NCBI GenBank assembly: GCA_003344405.1
Contig: NOWV01000128.1
Location: forward strand, 186,001 to 217,872
Source of the DNA: Trichoplax sp. H2
Lineage: Eukaryota
DNA length: 31,872 nt
Direction: 5' to 3'
The position numbers and the translations under genes were made by a program. Shown in pieces: positions 1 through 15,077 of the stretch (position 1 is the first letter of the stretch; each line of letters opens with the position of its first letter). The notes beneath the pieces are model-generated. The model was not told the origin of the DNA, searched no databases, and saw only the letters and a list, made by a program, of their open reading frames with translations.

Positions 1-780
1 AACGCCAATAATGAATGTTTAAACATGTCTGAAAATTCAGGAAATACAGCTCTACATTTGGCTTGTCAATTACGCCGGAAAATGATAATAAAAGCACTCT
101 TGGTAAGCCAATTACTAGTTTGACTTCCTGCTAACTGATATAGAAGTTGAATAAATTTATGGATAATCCACACTTTACTGATTGTGTAACATAATGTATT
201 AATAATCATGTATTACTTTAACATCTATGTGCAAGCCTAACTGAAACATGTACAGCCTATTATTGTTTTTTGATAAGGGAAAAGTGATAAAAATTTTTAC
301 CGCGTTTATTTCGTTAATTTTGGTAGTAGTATTGATCATAATATCGGTAGATATCAATTCGGCATCAACATCACTATATACCTAATACTGTGCCACCTCA
401 TAGCTACAATTTTCTACTAAATAGAACTTTCGAGAGTTAGACGTCAACATTCAGAATGAAAATGGTCTCTTGGCTGACGATTTAACGGCGCTAACAGCGA
501 CCAAGCAAAATATTAAAAAATTGCGTGATGAACGTACTGATTACCAGTAAGCTTGCAATTGACTCTTTGATAACGCATTAATTTGGTTATAATAATACTT
601 AAATGCTTCAATGAACATTTACGTTACGTGTCATGGATAGATTTTCTATCAACAATAACCACTGAATAATTCATTGTTAGTCATAGAAAGCCGACGGATC
701 AAGCTGATGAAGTAGCAGTCAGTAGTGATGGGACTTCTATCGATTTTGATGTTTTGAATGCTGTATTTAAGTCCCTTTAA
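1..780 (+). CDS. 3' part of ankyrin-repeat protein gene (exons <1-102, 425-546, ~681-780)
   Basis: Frame 1 reads NANNECLNMSENSGNTALHLACQLRRKMIIKALL (ankyrin G-x-T-A-L-H-L-A motif), followed by a GTAAG donor at 103. After an AG acceptor, 425-546 reads NFRELDVNIQNENGLLADDLT... (ankyrin D-V-N-x-x-N-x-x-G), with a GTAAG donor at 547. A third phase-compatible exon ends at TAA 778-780. Confidence 0.75.
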
Positions 781-2121
781 AAAGGCTGAGCAAGAGAAGC
801 AGCATGATAATTTATACCTAAAAGCTTAATATTTAAAATTGCTATTCGGTATAAAACAGTACAAATTGTGAATTCCATAATGACGAAGTAGCCTAAATTT
901 TAATCAATACTTTAAAACTTAAAACCTTATGAATATGTAATTGATATTGAAGATATCGATTTTATTTCATAGCTTAATCTGATAAAATTATCTCCTACGA
1001 ACGTTTACTCAGCCAATTGACTAGTCTACATGTAAGTTATTGTATGATTGTATGAATTATAATATCACTAGCTCACCCTAAATGCGTTCTTTAAAGTAAG
1101 ATTAGGCTTGATTAATAGTAACAATTTCACGAAATGTCAAATGTTTTGCTTTGTAAGAATTTAGCTTATTGTAATATAATGTATTAATTAATAAGTATGC
1201 ACTATAATGGTAAGTGCATTTACAGTATGAAAGTAAGTATTATGATTTAAGTGAAGAAAGTTTTATATAGAAAGAGTTGTAAAACGTTTAACAATACAGA
1301 TCCGTATGTATACTCATGTGAATTTCCAAAAAATTGCTATTCTAATATTTTAGTTAATTAATGGCTTAAATGAACATTAATTTTTTGGAGATTTTACCTC
1401 ATACAAACGAATGAACATAATTCGATGGTTTATGTTAATATATTAAAATAATATCGTAATTTAATATAATTACGTCTCTGTTTAAAATTTATAAGATTAG
1501 TAATTGTAATCGCGATCTCATTTGGTATGCCAGATTTGCCCTATTTTTATAATTAAGTGCTCGTAAATTAAATTATCTCGATTTCATTAGAATTAGATTC
1601 ATTTGAAAGATTAAAATACACGAATTTATACTAAGCGTTTAAGAAGATTTTGTTACTCTATTTAAAAGCAGAAGAGCATGCGATACTACGAAAATGTAAT
1701 AGTGTAGTAGTACCTATTTACATTGCATATATCACGTGTAACAGTTATAACCGGGTACATACTGAATAAGTGTTTGTACGTGATTAACTAAACTGCATAC
1801 TTAGTATTTTAAAATTGTTGATTTATTGGTCAATCATACAGCACTAACGCAACATTCTGTTCCTACTCATTGGGTAGCAACTAATATAGCCAATACAGTT
1901 GCTTTTTCAGCTTTAAGAATATCTAAATTTGTCAGGCAGTCTACAGCCTTACCTGTTCATTCATGACTATTATTGACATCCAAGCAAGCCTAGAGCTGTG
2001 TTTACTTAGAGAGCATCTAAGGTAAATGTGAAGCATAGAGTAAGGCATCAAAATTGAGCACGGAATGTCATTATACCAATGTAGTGATTATTGCTAATTA
2101 TAGTATTAACACGAAATACAG

Positions 2122-3021
2122 ATCACTAGGGTTATGCAAAACTCATCGATTATAATTAAACATCTCGATGTTGCAGAGTTCTATAACAACTTAGGGCTTG
2201 TCCATACGGAACAATGTAGGTACGATGAAGCTATTTCTATGTATGAAAAATCACTGAAAATATATCTAAATATCCGTAATCATTAATATCTCAATGTTGC
2301 TATATCCTATATTAACATGGGAAATATTTATAATCCTCAGAGAAAGCATAAAGAGGCTATGTTAATGCATAAAAAATTACTCAAAGTCCAGCTCTCGAAT
2401 CTTCGTTGTCATCCAACCAGCACCGCGAAATTATATGGCAGCCTTTCACAGACTTATTTTCTTGAGAACAGCTACGAAGAAACTGTTTTGATGCTTAAAA
2501 AGTCGATCAAAATACAGCAATCAGTTTTCGGCCTCAATCATGTTAATATTGCCAATTCTTATAATTATATTGGTTCGATCTATCTTTCTCAAAGCAAACA
2601 TAATGATGCTATTTCTATGAATGAGAAAACGCTTAAATTCAAAGGTTAGATCTCGATGCTAATAGCATCGATATTGCGAAATCCCATGACTACGTGAGGG
2701 AGGTAAACGGTTATCAGGGCAGGTATGAAGAGGCACTTTTTATGGATAAGAAATCGCTGACAATTCGATTACTACATCTTGGTCATCATCATGCTGATCT
2801 TGACCAAACCTATAACAGTATAGGAACTATCTATAGGAATTTGGAGAGGTGTGATGAAGCAATGTCTATCGATAAGCAATCGCTCAAACATCAAAATATT
2901 TACTTATGGTTACCATCATTCCGCTCCTGTTGCAATATTGAACAGCATGGGCGCTGTGCTTGTAAATCAGGGCAAGTATGACGATACTCTTTGTAAATAT
3001 GAGAAATTACTCAAAACTTAA
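2122..3021 (+). pseudogene. TPR-repeat (kinesin light chain / nephrocystin-3-like 42-aa repeat) pseudogene
   Basis: Repeats include HLDVAEFYNNLGLVHTEQCRYDEAISMYEKSLKI, HVNIANSYNYIGSIYLSQSKHNDAISMNEKTLK, HADLDQTYNSIGTIYRNLERCDEAMS and LNSMGAVLVNQGKYDDTLCKYEKLLK. They are broken by an in-frame TAA at 2284-2286 and frameshifts near 2640 and 2895. Confidence 0.85.
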
Positions 3022-3506
3022 TCATTACTTAGAATGTCATATGTAGCCTTAACTCTACACAAGCCATCAACTTTATTCATGATCGTTATAATAATTAAGC
3101 ACAGTTATAATTACAATAAGTATAAGCCAAATTCGATTTACCAAAAATAGAAAACAGTTCAATTCTATTTAATTAAATTGATCGTATCTTTACGTTGGAA
3201 TATACCGATGCTGGGCGCCATAAAGCCAAAGTATAATTTATAAAAGTGTAAAGTGTGCAAAAAATGAAATGAATTTGCTAGACAAAATTATGTACATTAT
3301 ACAATAAAAGCAAGCCATGTAGCGATGTAGAATATGTAGAAATTACTATATCCTTGTTGTATTCAATTAAATATACATTAAGTATAAAGAATCACACCTG
3401 CAAATATCTATATGCAATGAGTATTAATGAGTCATATTTGAATCAATAAAATTGATTTAATTTAAATTTTAACAGCTTCGCATGATAATAAGAGCAATAA
3501 CACTCG

Positions 3507-6500
3507 TTAATGTTTAGCATGAGGTGGTAAAGCTATCACTCTTGGTCTATTTGTTAAACTAATTTCACTAATACTAGCTTCGGTTAAGATATTTAAGACT
3601 GTGTTTTCCAAGATCGATTCAATTAAATTTGATACTTCTGGTATTCTATAATATAAAATATTTTTGAAATGTTTCAAATTTAGAATTAATCCTGATAATC
3701 ATTACGTTGTAAAATCTAGAACTTTGAAAATAGAAGCAAAATAATATATTCTTTAAAGATGATAATCTAAATGTACTGATAAACTATGCAGAAAAATACA
3801 AACATTTATAATACCATTTACAATTAAATATACTCTTACTGTAGAAGATTATTATTATCTGTTACTGATCAATTAGAATAAGCGTAAAGAATAAGCTAGC
3901 TGAATTATCGGAAGAATCTATACGCAACAACGTACATATATACTAAATATCAAATTTAATCTATGTTGCTAGTTAAATTTTTTTAGCCTAATGCAAACAT
4001 TCATACGTACAGACTTATTTAATTACCTAGCAATACTTTCATCGGTAATGCAGTCTTCGGTCGCAATCTCTATTATGGATTTTTTATTATCATCAATTAG
4101 ATTATTTGCTACTTCTTCATCTCTATTTAAGCTCTGGTACTCTTCCTATAAATTAATCAATAACGTTTTTTCATGAAAGAAATTAGCAATATTTCATTAT
4201 GCAAAACATATCATTACTGTGTGAAAGTAATATAAATCGTAATTTAAGAAATTTAAAACGATAAATACAAACCGTTGAGGGAGTTGGAGATTTTTGATCT
4301 ACCGTTGAGGTAGGATTATTCTCATCGGATTGATTAGTTATTGGATTATCGCCAACGGCATCAATTTGGCCATCATCTGTACGGTCATCCATAACGCTAC
4401 TTGTCTGAATATGGCCCAGTTGTTTAAAGTACGGGACAGGCTCAGTATAGAGATTGGAAATGACATCGATAAAATCATGATCACGTATAAGATTCCTATA
4501 TTGCAAGCAAATTGAAAATAAATGAGTACGCAAACCTATTTTTATTTGGCAATAGCAACCAATATCTTGATTTTTTTATTAGAATAAACTTATATAATAT
4601 TCTATTTTGCAATCTTTAAGCCATTACTCGACTCTATTACTGCAAGTATTCTACTAATAAATGATTGAACTTACTTCACCATATCTGAGATAGCATTAGC
4701 TACGATATCTCTTTCCTCTAGTAAGCAAGTAGTCCCAGTGTTTTCTTCATCTACAGCTGATGATCTATCCAATAAATATTTCTGATAATTTCCAGCTATA
4801 CTTCTACAAATATTATAAGGAAAGTTACCATACTGCAATAATAGCTTTATACGTCTTTAAATTCATTTTGTTGCTTGAATTTATCTTGCTTACCTATCCA
4901 TATGAAAATTGGTGATTTTGCCGGGAAAATTGGCTTGATAATCCTTTAATGAATGAGTTCGAGCATTTAAGCCAAGATATAGAATAAATGGTTGAGGAAT
5001 TTTGGGTGGATCATGACTATCGGTTTTCGTAGTCTAATTTGTACGTAATCGTATCAAAGCAGGTAGAAGATTAAATAAATGAAATTTTGAATCTTTGAAA
5101 AGAATCTATTTGAAATTGGGTTTTAACACATATTCTAGAAAAGATACTTGTTATTATAGATCGAGTACAATATTCATGTATACCTTTTGTCTACTGCGGC
5201 CTTTCTTCTCCATAATCCTGGTATCTGATTGCAAGAATGGTTTAATAGGGGGTAAAGCCTAGGAATTAAAGCAGAATCTTTAAATAATGAAATTTACTGG
5301 TAGATTTGATCAAGTAATTTGAGTATATGGCATAGAGGGCTATCATACCTGATATTTTTTGGCGATACGTTCAGCAGCATTACTCGTCTGCATTTTATTC
5401 TGTAAAATGTCAAATTTACTTTAGTATCAACAGAGTAAAGATGCTCTTTTACTCAAAATGCTCACTTTTTGAGGGTAATCAGCGCTATTACGGAATATAA
5501 GATCTCACTATTTTATTGTTAAAATGATAACCTGGGATTCAGTGGCATTCATGTGCTCTTCATTTTCTCCATTTCCTTCTTCCCGGAGATTGTTTTCTGT
5601 AATAGTAAACGTATGCTTTCTTTCTTCTTCCTTGGTTTCCCATAATTTTAATTTTTTCTGATAGATTGCCATCTCAGTTTCATCAATGATCTGTAATAGC
5701 ATAGAATAGGTCATTGAATAAAATTGTACTTTTGAAATCATGAATTACTTATAACTTATTACCTCACAAGGAATATCAATTTCGAAAAATGAAGGAACCG
5801 TATAGGAAGAGAAATCAACCTGTAATATAACCGCAGGATAGATTGAGTAACTTTGTAATATTTCATTCTAATGACTTGAATCATGTTTTGGATATTATTT
5901 GAATCTATTAAAAGAAGTCAATGACGAAAGTACTCATTTTACCTTGACTAAAATAGATTCTTCAGCTGCTAGACGACCTCGAGGTGGATTAATAGTGATA
6001 GTCTGATGGCTGGTTTTAGTTGGAAGTTTCCAATTATAGGATACAACATGCTTTGATTTATTAATTAAAAATAGGATCCTTCTTTCATTGGAGTATAGCG
6101 GTAAATTGCCGAATGAAATCCTCTCTTGAGATAAATAAGCGAGCTAGATAACACGTTATCAAGATTATAAATGAATATTAGAGATTTAGGATCACATTTG
6201 TTCAAATGTAACAATTGGATGTAATAGTGGCGGCCAATATCAAGCATTGCTAATGAGTAAAAGAGGTTATCTAATTGTTAGGCTTAGCTTCATATGATCA
6301 GTTATCACAATTTGTCTCATTTATACCTGGTCCGGAATGTCCACTAACTGAATTGGAGGAACACTAGTAAGATGGCTTTGATCAGTAAATGGCATAGAAT
6401 CACCCATAAATCGTTGATCATATCCTACGCCATAAAATGTGACTAAATGGGTTTCCACTCCAAGAATATGAACAGGAACATCGACCTGTAAATGTTCAAG

Positions 6501-9500
6501 AGGTTTGTGAAACTTGGTACAGTTTAGTATCACAATTAGTATAGCGATGGCAATTATTGAGATCTATTTGCAATTCATTAAATAGCTTTGATCTATAACT
6601 AGTTAATGAAAGTGTTCTACTAATGAAGATTTAGCGGTTACTATAATTAGTAAGCAAGAGAAACTGGCAGCTGCGTCGATCTTTTTTTTGCAAATAAATT
6701 AAGGGGAAACTAATTTATTACTGCCACAGCTATGAAGATATTCCATTAAACAAGATTAGCTAGCAGGTATACTGCTAACAGGCAAAAAAGTGAATATCGT
6801 GACTATTAATGTTTTTTATAAGGTTTTTGATAGTAAAGAACTTACACTATATGTCTTGGCCTCAATTGGTGAAAATACCCATTCTATTTGAGCACGTTGC
6901 CCGGGAGCAATTTGACCAGTAGGATTTAGACATTGAAAGATGTTGCAATGATAATTGTCCTAACATAACGAGATCATAAGAATTAACATTCAGTATAGTA
7001 TTTTAGGGGGCTCGATAAGCTAAGGGAGCTTGAATAAACAGAAAGTATAGTTCTAGTTGAACATTTTCAAAAGACTTTAATTATCTCACTCTATCCTCGC
7101 CGAATGCAACCAGAACCAATACACTAGTCTAACACCAAAACTTACCATTTTTAAGTTATCACAGGGAGACAAATCTAGCTCGTAATTCACAGTTTGTCCT
7201 CCACCATTATATAGCTCGTAAACCTATAATATAGTAATGAATTATGATTTACTTTTACCCAGAACTCTTCTTTAGATTATTTTGGAGCATAGAATAGCGT
7301 CTACTGAAGTTATCTTACCTGCTTTGGATATGTTATACTACCAATTGGCATGGCCATAAACTGATGGCTGTTGCTTGGAAAATGAACGTATTTTGCTGAA
7401 GCTTCCACGGTAACCCCAACAAAATTAATCTAGCAATGAAAATAAAAATCGATTAAAATCTTTGATCAATCTACCAACACCAGGATTAGCAGCCAGCAAT
7501 TCCATATCCCATAATTAATCATTACTTACCAAGACTTCTCTGCCTTTGCTAACTTTGAAAATGACTGGTAAGCGGTCAGTGTTAGGCATAATATGGCTAA
7601 ATATCAAAATATAAGATGATTAACTATTTTTGTGGTAGTTAGACATTGTAAATAACAATCTAGGTACCTATGAATCACGACCTAAGATTGATTAAATCTA
7701 GAAATAACCTACCGGTAGGAAAATGTGACCACTTGAGTTTCGTCAGGCTGCAGGTTACCTTTACTTGGTGTTATGGTAAATAATTTGTTATCCATCACAT
7801 GCATCTAGTAAGTAGAGAGAAAGATTAGTATCAAATTGACTTAGAGCACTCTTTGATACTAGATTGAAACGCAAGAATGGGTATGCTAACATCATATAGT
7901 TCATCTCGCGAATAGTCGCCATTTTCTGCCCAAAATTCAAGGTCTAATTGGAAATCGGTTGGAAATAAGAAGGCCCTAGAATGAAATATAGTAAAATTGA
8001 TTCAGCTATTGATTCTGAACTAGTTTCTGCTGTCGTTTCGAGGTTTAAATAATTAAAAATCAATGAAATTAAAATTGAATTTTAAAATTGAAGTAGATAT
8101 GGTATTCGATATGAAAGTAAAGTGATAGTACAGATTATCTCAGCCTATTTCAATATAAAAAAGCTTGATATAGATTGTAAAATTATCTTGTTAAAATCCT
8201 TACCAATCTGTAGGAACTGGTCCTGTATTCTTAAGCATAAGATAGGCCGTACCCGGTGGACCATCGACTGGAGCTGAACCAAAATTAAAATCTAATACCG
8301 CTTTAGTATTAATGGGTGGTCGTCGTCTAGTGCTAGAAAATAGTTGAAATTAATCGTGTTAGCCAAATAATTAACCATGAATCCAGCATTACATTGACGG
8401 AGTAGAAACTGTTTTTACCTGTGCCTGGTGACTACTGAATACATTGTTTCTGCTGGAGAAGGATCGGAAGACATTGTCATGTTGAAGCTGATAGTTAAAT
8501 GATAAAATAGATCGTGAATTTATAGGGCAGCTATGGTCTCAGAGCTTGTTGCTGCCCAATATCATGTTTAAATAGGAACCTTAAATATGAAAAGCGGTTA
8601 AAAATCAAATGATTCTTACCTGTCCAAGTTGAATAATTTCCAGAGCCCAACTTTACTTATATTCGATGTGCTACTGCAACGAGCATCGACAATTTTGACC
8701 GTAGGATAAATTCCTATCACCTTCAATTGGCATAATATTGGATTTGAACATTCAATAGTTTGATTCATGCCATCCGCTAGTCAGAAAATAAAATAAGTAA
8801 AATCAGAGATGTTATTTATCACGATTTTTAAAGGATTTCAGTTTAGTGAAGAAAAGTCTGAATTGAATACAAAGGTAGCTTACAAGTTGGAGTTAATAGC
8901 TTATAACGGATGATTAATTGATACTGAAATCTCTGCTTTGGCCTAACTGTGGCAGTAATGTTCAGCATAGAACGGGCAGGGATGACACCTTCCATCTTGT
9001 CTACATCCAAGACTAATCAGAATAATAGAGGTAATAAAATGAATAAATAAAACAAGTTTATAGCAGGTAGAGAACAATTTAGTAGGCAAAGGCCATACTT
9101 ATATCATCATTAGAAGGATAATTTTGATCATAAGGTCCAGATATCGATTGTTCTAAGCTCAATTGATAGAGTAAGTTGCATTTACTGCTATTACTAATAG
9201 TAATATTTTGACTAGCTGCAGAGCCAACGACAACATTGCCGAAATCAAATTCAGTTGGATCAGCCTGAATTGTAATAAAACCGTCTTTCATTAATATTTT
9301 ACATTGATCATCATCGGTAGAGGCGTTTTTACTAAAATGAGAAACAATTTGGCAATAGTAACTTACTTCTATATCTCCAACAGAACCTTCGCCAATGATA
9401 CGAACGAAAAATGATGATTTTTGAATTTGGGAGCTATGAAAATGAATTAGCCACGCATTGAGATACCAAAATTACATTTATTATTCAATTCACGAAAATA

Positions 9501-12500
9501 AAATTTAATTTATATATAAGTTTCCTACCTTTCCAGATGAGAATCTTTTTCAAAATGCGCTTTTAAATATGCTTTTATCATGTATTTGACTTCCGATTTC
9601 GGAACAAACGTCCACTTGTGATTCTATTCCATGCAATTAGATAAGATTGTTAGCTATGTATGAAACTAGATAGAATAATTGGTTGATACGGCAAGCATTG
9701 TAAGGGAATAGACATAAGATAATTAGATAATAATATATGAAACTAGATAAGATTACTACTTCCTATTTTTCCCGTTGAAAGAGACTAGATTAGGTATTAG
9801 CTTAATTAAAGTAAACCCAAGAAGCAGTAGCGTTGATGATACCAGCATAGAAACTTTTCTTAAGAATTGAATTTAAAAATTTTTTTAAATCATACCTGGA
9901 CTTCATTAGGATATATAATGCCTGTTGAAGGTTGAACTTGAACTATTTCTTGATCGGATATATGAATACGCCATTGATATCTAGAAAGAATCAAGGTTTT
10001 ACGTTACTCTGATATTATATTGCTCATATCTGTAGATATTGACAACGGTAAATTAATGGGTTAGCATACCTGATTGGTAATTTGGTTACATTTTTAATAG
10101 CATAATTTCGAGTTGATGCCGTTCCTAATCCGGTTGGCTTAAAGTATAGCGCACCCTAAATAGTATGAATGTGATAATAATGACTAAATCACTCTACGTG
10201 AGAATTTTTGAGCACAATCAATTGTTATTTTGCCGTACATCATTATCCAAATAGATTCTTGGTACTTCAGCAGCGCAAATCACTTTCAAATTCTAGAAGA
10301 TTTGAAAAATTTTGCATTTAGAATCTTACATTTTTTAAATCACTATGAAATGCGGTAATTCGAGTTTACTTGAATATGCTTCTCTGATTCATTAAATTTA
10401 CACTTGATTGTCGACTTATAAATCTTATTTTCTTCAGGTCTTAATTTTAGAGATAAAATCTAAACAGAATCATGTATAATCGTTAATATCTGGACGTAAT
10501 ATAAACGAGTGTATCATGATTAAAATTTCTAAGTAAGCGTGACTCATTGAACTACCTGATATTCTTTCTGCAATAGTCCTTTCCTTGGGATAATGGTAGT
10601 TAATCTAGATCATAGTACATATAAAATATTTTATTTAATGTTACAATAAAGATAAAATGTCTAGTATTTAAAATGATAATAAAATAAATTAAGAACTTGC
10701 AATACCCTAATTGCTCTTCAAGAAATTCATAATCGATTGGATTAGAACCAGCATTACTTAATAGTAAAGTTCGATAAGATTCTTCATTCGCACTGACGGT
10801 CGGAAAAATCTACATTGCGAAATAATCATGAGAAGTGAATTTATTATTTATCTTGATATCCTGACTTGCAGTTTTTGTTATTTAGAAATCAAAATAATAT
10901 TCCACTATTTAATTCTTGTTACCAATTCATGATTTTCAAATTTGTATCTTGGTAAATAGGTATCGACTGTAGATCTGAATGTATGACCTAATTCGATAAT
11001 CGATATTTAAAGTAAGTCAAAGATATTTAAGGCTGATATTAATTTACGTCTATAATATTCATTACCTGAAAGTGTTACTGTCAAACACCAAGGTGGCATG
11101 ATAGTATGATCGGTGACTAATCGATATTCTCTCATACTCTGCAAGAAATGTATTTCGATAATTGCGATTATTTATTCAACTAGTTTTGCAGATACTGCTT
11201 TGCCATCATTCTAGTAAACATTTTCTTACCTTGTAGCCTGCATAGCATTCTAATTCAGCTTCATAAAACTGATTAGGGGAGTTCTAAATTATCCAAATGG
11301 ATACAGAAAGCAGAAATAATTTTGTTACTGCTTTCTTATATCATAGCATTTACCTTTAGCGATCTTATTAAAAGTTGATTGATATACAATAGTTACTAAA
11401 GATTATTTATTTTACCGGTTTAAAAGTGACAACGAAAGAAGCAGATTTTAATGGTTGGATGGTGGTTACATCAGGAGTGATCGAAAAGACATTCTGAATA
11501 TCTATCAAAGAGATTGGACAAATTATGGCCGATTTATTATTTAGAACTAGATTTAGGTTTTATAAACCAGGTTAGAACAGACAAATAATGCATGCATAAT
11601 ATCTTACTAGTGATCCAGCAGCAACAAATTTTCCCTCTTGTATGATTTGCAATCGTAATATTCTGTCATAATGTAAATAAACAATCGATTTAGATCTTTA
11701 TTAATTTGTACTATAATATTTGTGAAGGGTATAGATGCAAGATTAAATCAAAGGATAACTGACCCTTTGCTCGAATGATTTTATATTTGGACATGATCCA
11801 AAATTGACTTGTTGCTGATCGAGACTTACATGTGGAGATACAATCTGAAAGTTTTTGGTATAAATAAAAATATAAAACTAGGCCATCTATCATAGGAGAC
11901 TGATCTATCCTAATAAAGTTTGAAATACCTTTTCAACATTATCCGCTAGATCAAAATATTCTTCTTGCGTTGTCAATGGAATATAGGGTCGTAAATAAGG
12001 CTCAAATGCTTCGGCTTCCTTTACCATAATAGCACCTTCACTATCCAAGCTTACTTTGCCTTCTTTTAGCATTTCGCTTAAAAACTAATTGATAAAGTAG
12101 CAAGACATTGGAAAATCTTGTTGTTATCCTATTAAAATCAAAATGCTTTGGCCTTGATACAATTAAAAAAATTGAGGGTTTATGTTACCTCTGGCGGGAA
12201 GATAGTAAGGCCTCTCTCTTCAAGCTTTCTGAATCTGTGTACATGTTTTGCATGTATCACGGCTAACGTATAATGAAGGAATTTTTAAGTAATTAAATAC
12301 TCTAATATTATAACGAAAGGATGAAAAGATGACATAAAATTTCAGATATGAAACTGACCTGGTCTTTCCTGCTCCGTAAAGCTACTACCAAATAGCTCGA
12401 TTGCTCTCGTTTCCTAAATTTGATAAATTTAATAATAAGCGTAATCAAATATTGTATAATTCTTGGCAAATAAAGTTATAGTGAAAAAAAATAGTAAAAT

Positions 12501-14829
12501 TCTATCTTTCTATCATTCATTACTTGGTTATGGATCACTAGAAAGACTTTCCTATAGTAGCTGATTGTCAGCGCCGGCTTAAAGACAATTTTGATAGCTT
12601 CGGAATGATTAGGTGGTAGCTGGCCACAAGTCTTGCTAAATTTAAATACGCTATTGCTATCATCGATGCGAAACTGTAGCAAAATCATATATACCAATTC
12701 ACTTATACTTAGTTATGCATGAATTAAATTAAAAAGAATCACATCTAAGATCTGTATTATTAAAGTAATGCTATGCTATTTTTATAAGATTTACCTGATA
12801 ATATCCATGCACATTGGAATGATTGATTAAAGTTATAACGCGTGTTACTTCTTGATCAACGCAGGTACTACCAAAGCTTACTAACGTATTATCAATTTCA
12901 ATTTTTGATCCTAGAAGATTCAATTTTGGTTAATTATCATAATGAAAACACTCAATAGAGTCAAGATAACTGGAGACTAAAGATTATGCATAGAAATAAT
13001 CACCAACCGATTGCATTGCCTTCACATTTAACCACATTTGCCGTAGCCCTGCTGCTTATAACTGAGATGCTAAAATAATCGATGTTTCTTTCCTTAACGG
13101 TTTTAGGATAGTAGACAAGCTAAATTTAAACCAAGTTCTAGTTAGTATGCTCATATAGGCAACAAATAAAAATGTAGCTTAAACTGATTACTAAAGCAAA
13201 GAAACTGATAATTTACCTGAATCTTCTCAACACCATCAGGTGGAATAACGCCTCCAACCTTTTCGCAAGTGTAATAAATCTCAATTTCGTCACCTTTTGA
13301 CGGTTGCATAATATGGTATGGGGCTGGAACCTGTAAGTTTAATGTATATAAATGTTCATTATAAACCTGTAGTGAAGGCCGATACTGTGTATAGTAGTTA
13401 CTTAGTAAATTACTTACGGATGATAAGTTTCGTAATTCGATCCATTTTTCCTGCTTTGTACCAACAGGGACATCACCAAAATTGACAATAATTTCATTCT
13501 CATTATCAGAACGCAAAGAGCCAGGTGGGCCATTTACGACAATATGTGGGTATTTTCCTATTAAAGCAGATATCATTAGCCTGAAATATCTAAAACTAAT
13601 AGAGTAGCACACCTAAAAATTTCTGATTTGTATGTCGGTTTATTTTAGAACTCACCAATTCCTTCAAATTCCACCAGACGTGACTTTACAAAATCAGGAC
13701 CATATTTGCAAACTGCAGTTGCATTGTAGCAATGAGCACTCTAATCGAATGGAATGATATCATCCGTATTAATGATAATTCAATTTTTAACCGGTCTGAG
13801 ATAACTACAAAAATAGAAGTATTTTAACTAACCTTTGGATGAAATGCAGCATGCATAGTACATGACGTTTTCGGCTCTAAAATACCTTGGGCTGGCTCAA
13901 GAGTAAATGGTCCACTAATATCCCAATGAAATGTTGTCTTGAGATCGCTATGGTAGGGAGGATTACAATACTGCAAGCTTAATCATCTTTAAATTAGAGT
14001 AAATGTTTTTTCTATCACATTTTACCTTGTATTCTTTAATTCAAATGTTGTTTCTCGGGCGTCATTAACAGCACACATGCTAAAATTTTGCGATTTAGGA
14101 GCGACTAAGACGGGCTCAATCACGATTGCTTTCACAGCAATCTTGAAACGATACTCCTAATTATTGTAACAAATTAAATGATGTCAGTTGAAGATTTATA
14201 AGCTTTCCATAACTACTGTTATTATAATTTTGTTAACCTTGGATTGAAATTCGATCTGATCTTCATAGGTATTCTATGATTTTAATATCGTCGTAAGAAA
14301 TATAAATTAGTAACTTGGCGATTGTTGATGACTGTTAATCAATAGTACTTAGAGTTATTTACCTTTTCTAACGGACGAAACGTAATAGGTAAGGTAAAGC
14401 TTGTTCCTGCGCTTAGTGTTATGACTTTAGGATATAAAGTTGTGAAATATCGAGTCGTTGGTACTCTATGATAAGTAAGAATAAATTTCTTGTTGCTGTT
14501 ATACCGTACATGGACAATTTTTAATCATATTTCATCTTGCTGCAAACAACATGTAGTACTGTACTTATAAATTGTCGACACTAATTTAATTGGTAAGAAA
14601 TTCATCATATCAATTTCTACATTCTTATCGATATCATTTTATGGACGCTCTTTATGCAAATTACAACTTACAGAAATTGCAATTTCTGGGTTTTCACGTT
14701 GCTGTTCTTAATCACTAACTGTTTAGTATATTCGCCACCAGGTTCCCATCCTTTCCACAGAATTTGCTTTGGAGCTTCGATGCCAAAAAAGCTGGCAATA
14801 TGTCCTGACTCCGTAGCCACTGCCATCAT
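3507..14829 (-). CDS. CFAP65: Cilia- and flagella-associated protein 65 (CCDC108), about 50 coding exons, multiple ASH/MSP-like Ig domains
   Basis: Exon 1 (14829-14672) reads MMAVATESGHIASFFGIEAPKQILWKGWEPGGEYTKQLVIKN, with an in-frame TGA upstream. Exon 2 (14465-14363) reads VPTTRYFTTLYPKVITLSAGTSFTLPITFRPLEK. Internal motifs include LYFKPTG, LDFNFGSAP, VYELYNGG, IEWVFSPIEAKTY and KYQALPPIK. The last exon (3645-3507) reads IPEVSNLIESILENTVLNILTEASISEISLTNRPRVIALPPHAKH*. These match remembered vertebrate CFAP65 motifs. All traced introns are GT-AG and phase-compatible. Confidence 0.93.
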
Positions 14830-15077
14830 TAATCAAATGGAAGTTGACAACACTAATAGGAATAGTACAGTTTCATTTTTAGCTCTTTAGCTAGATATTT
14901 CAAGATATCTCTATCTTGTTATAACCGATCTCTGCACTTCTATGTTACTATTTCACTAGACGATGGAAAAGCTATACGGAAATCCTCAATGGTAAAACTG
15001 ATTGCAAGCTAGTTACTTTACAAGAGAATCAATTAAAGAAACGATAAGTTAGCTCTTATAAAATGCTTTGACTGATG

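Noticed and set aside
3840-3917. 78-nt AG...GTAAG-bounded segment in the last CFAP65 intron as an extra exon
   Set aside because: It has stops in all three frames, and the flanking exons already join in phase.
7370-7390. Apparent frameshift in a CFAP65 exon
   Set aside because: Recounting the A-run shows the frame is intact (VHFPSNSHQF).
3991-14890. + strand ORFs 3991-4176, 4330-4515 and 14654-14890, and off-frame - strand ORFs 6065-6247 and 11711-11893
   Set aside because: They are antisense or alternate-frame shadows of CFAP65 exons.
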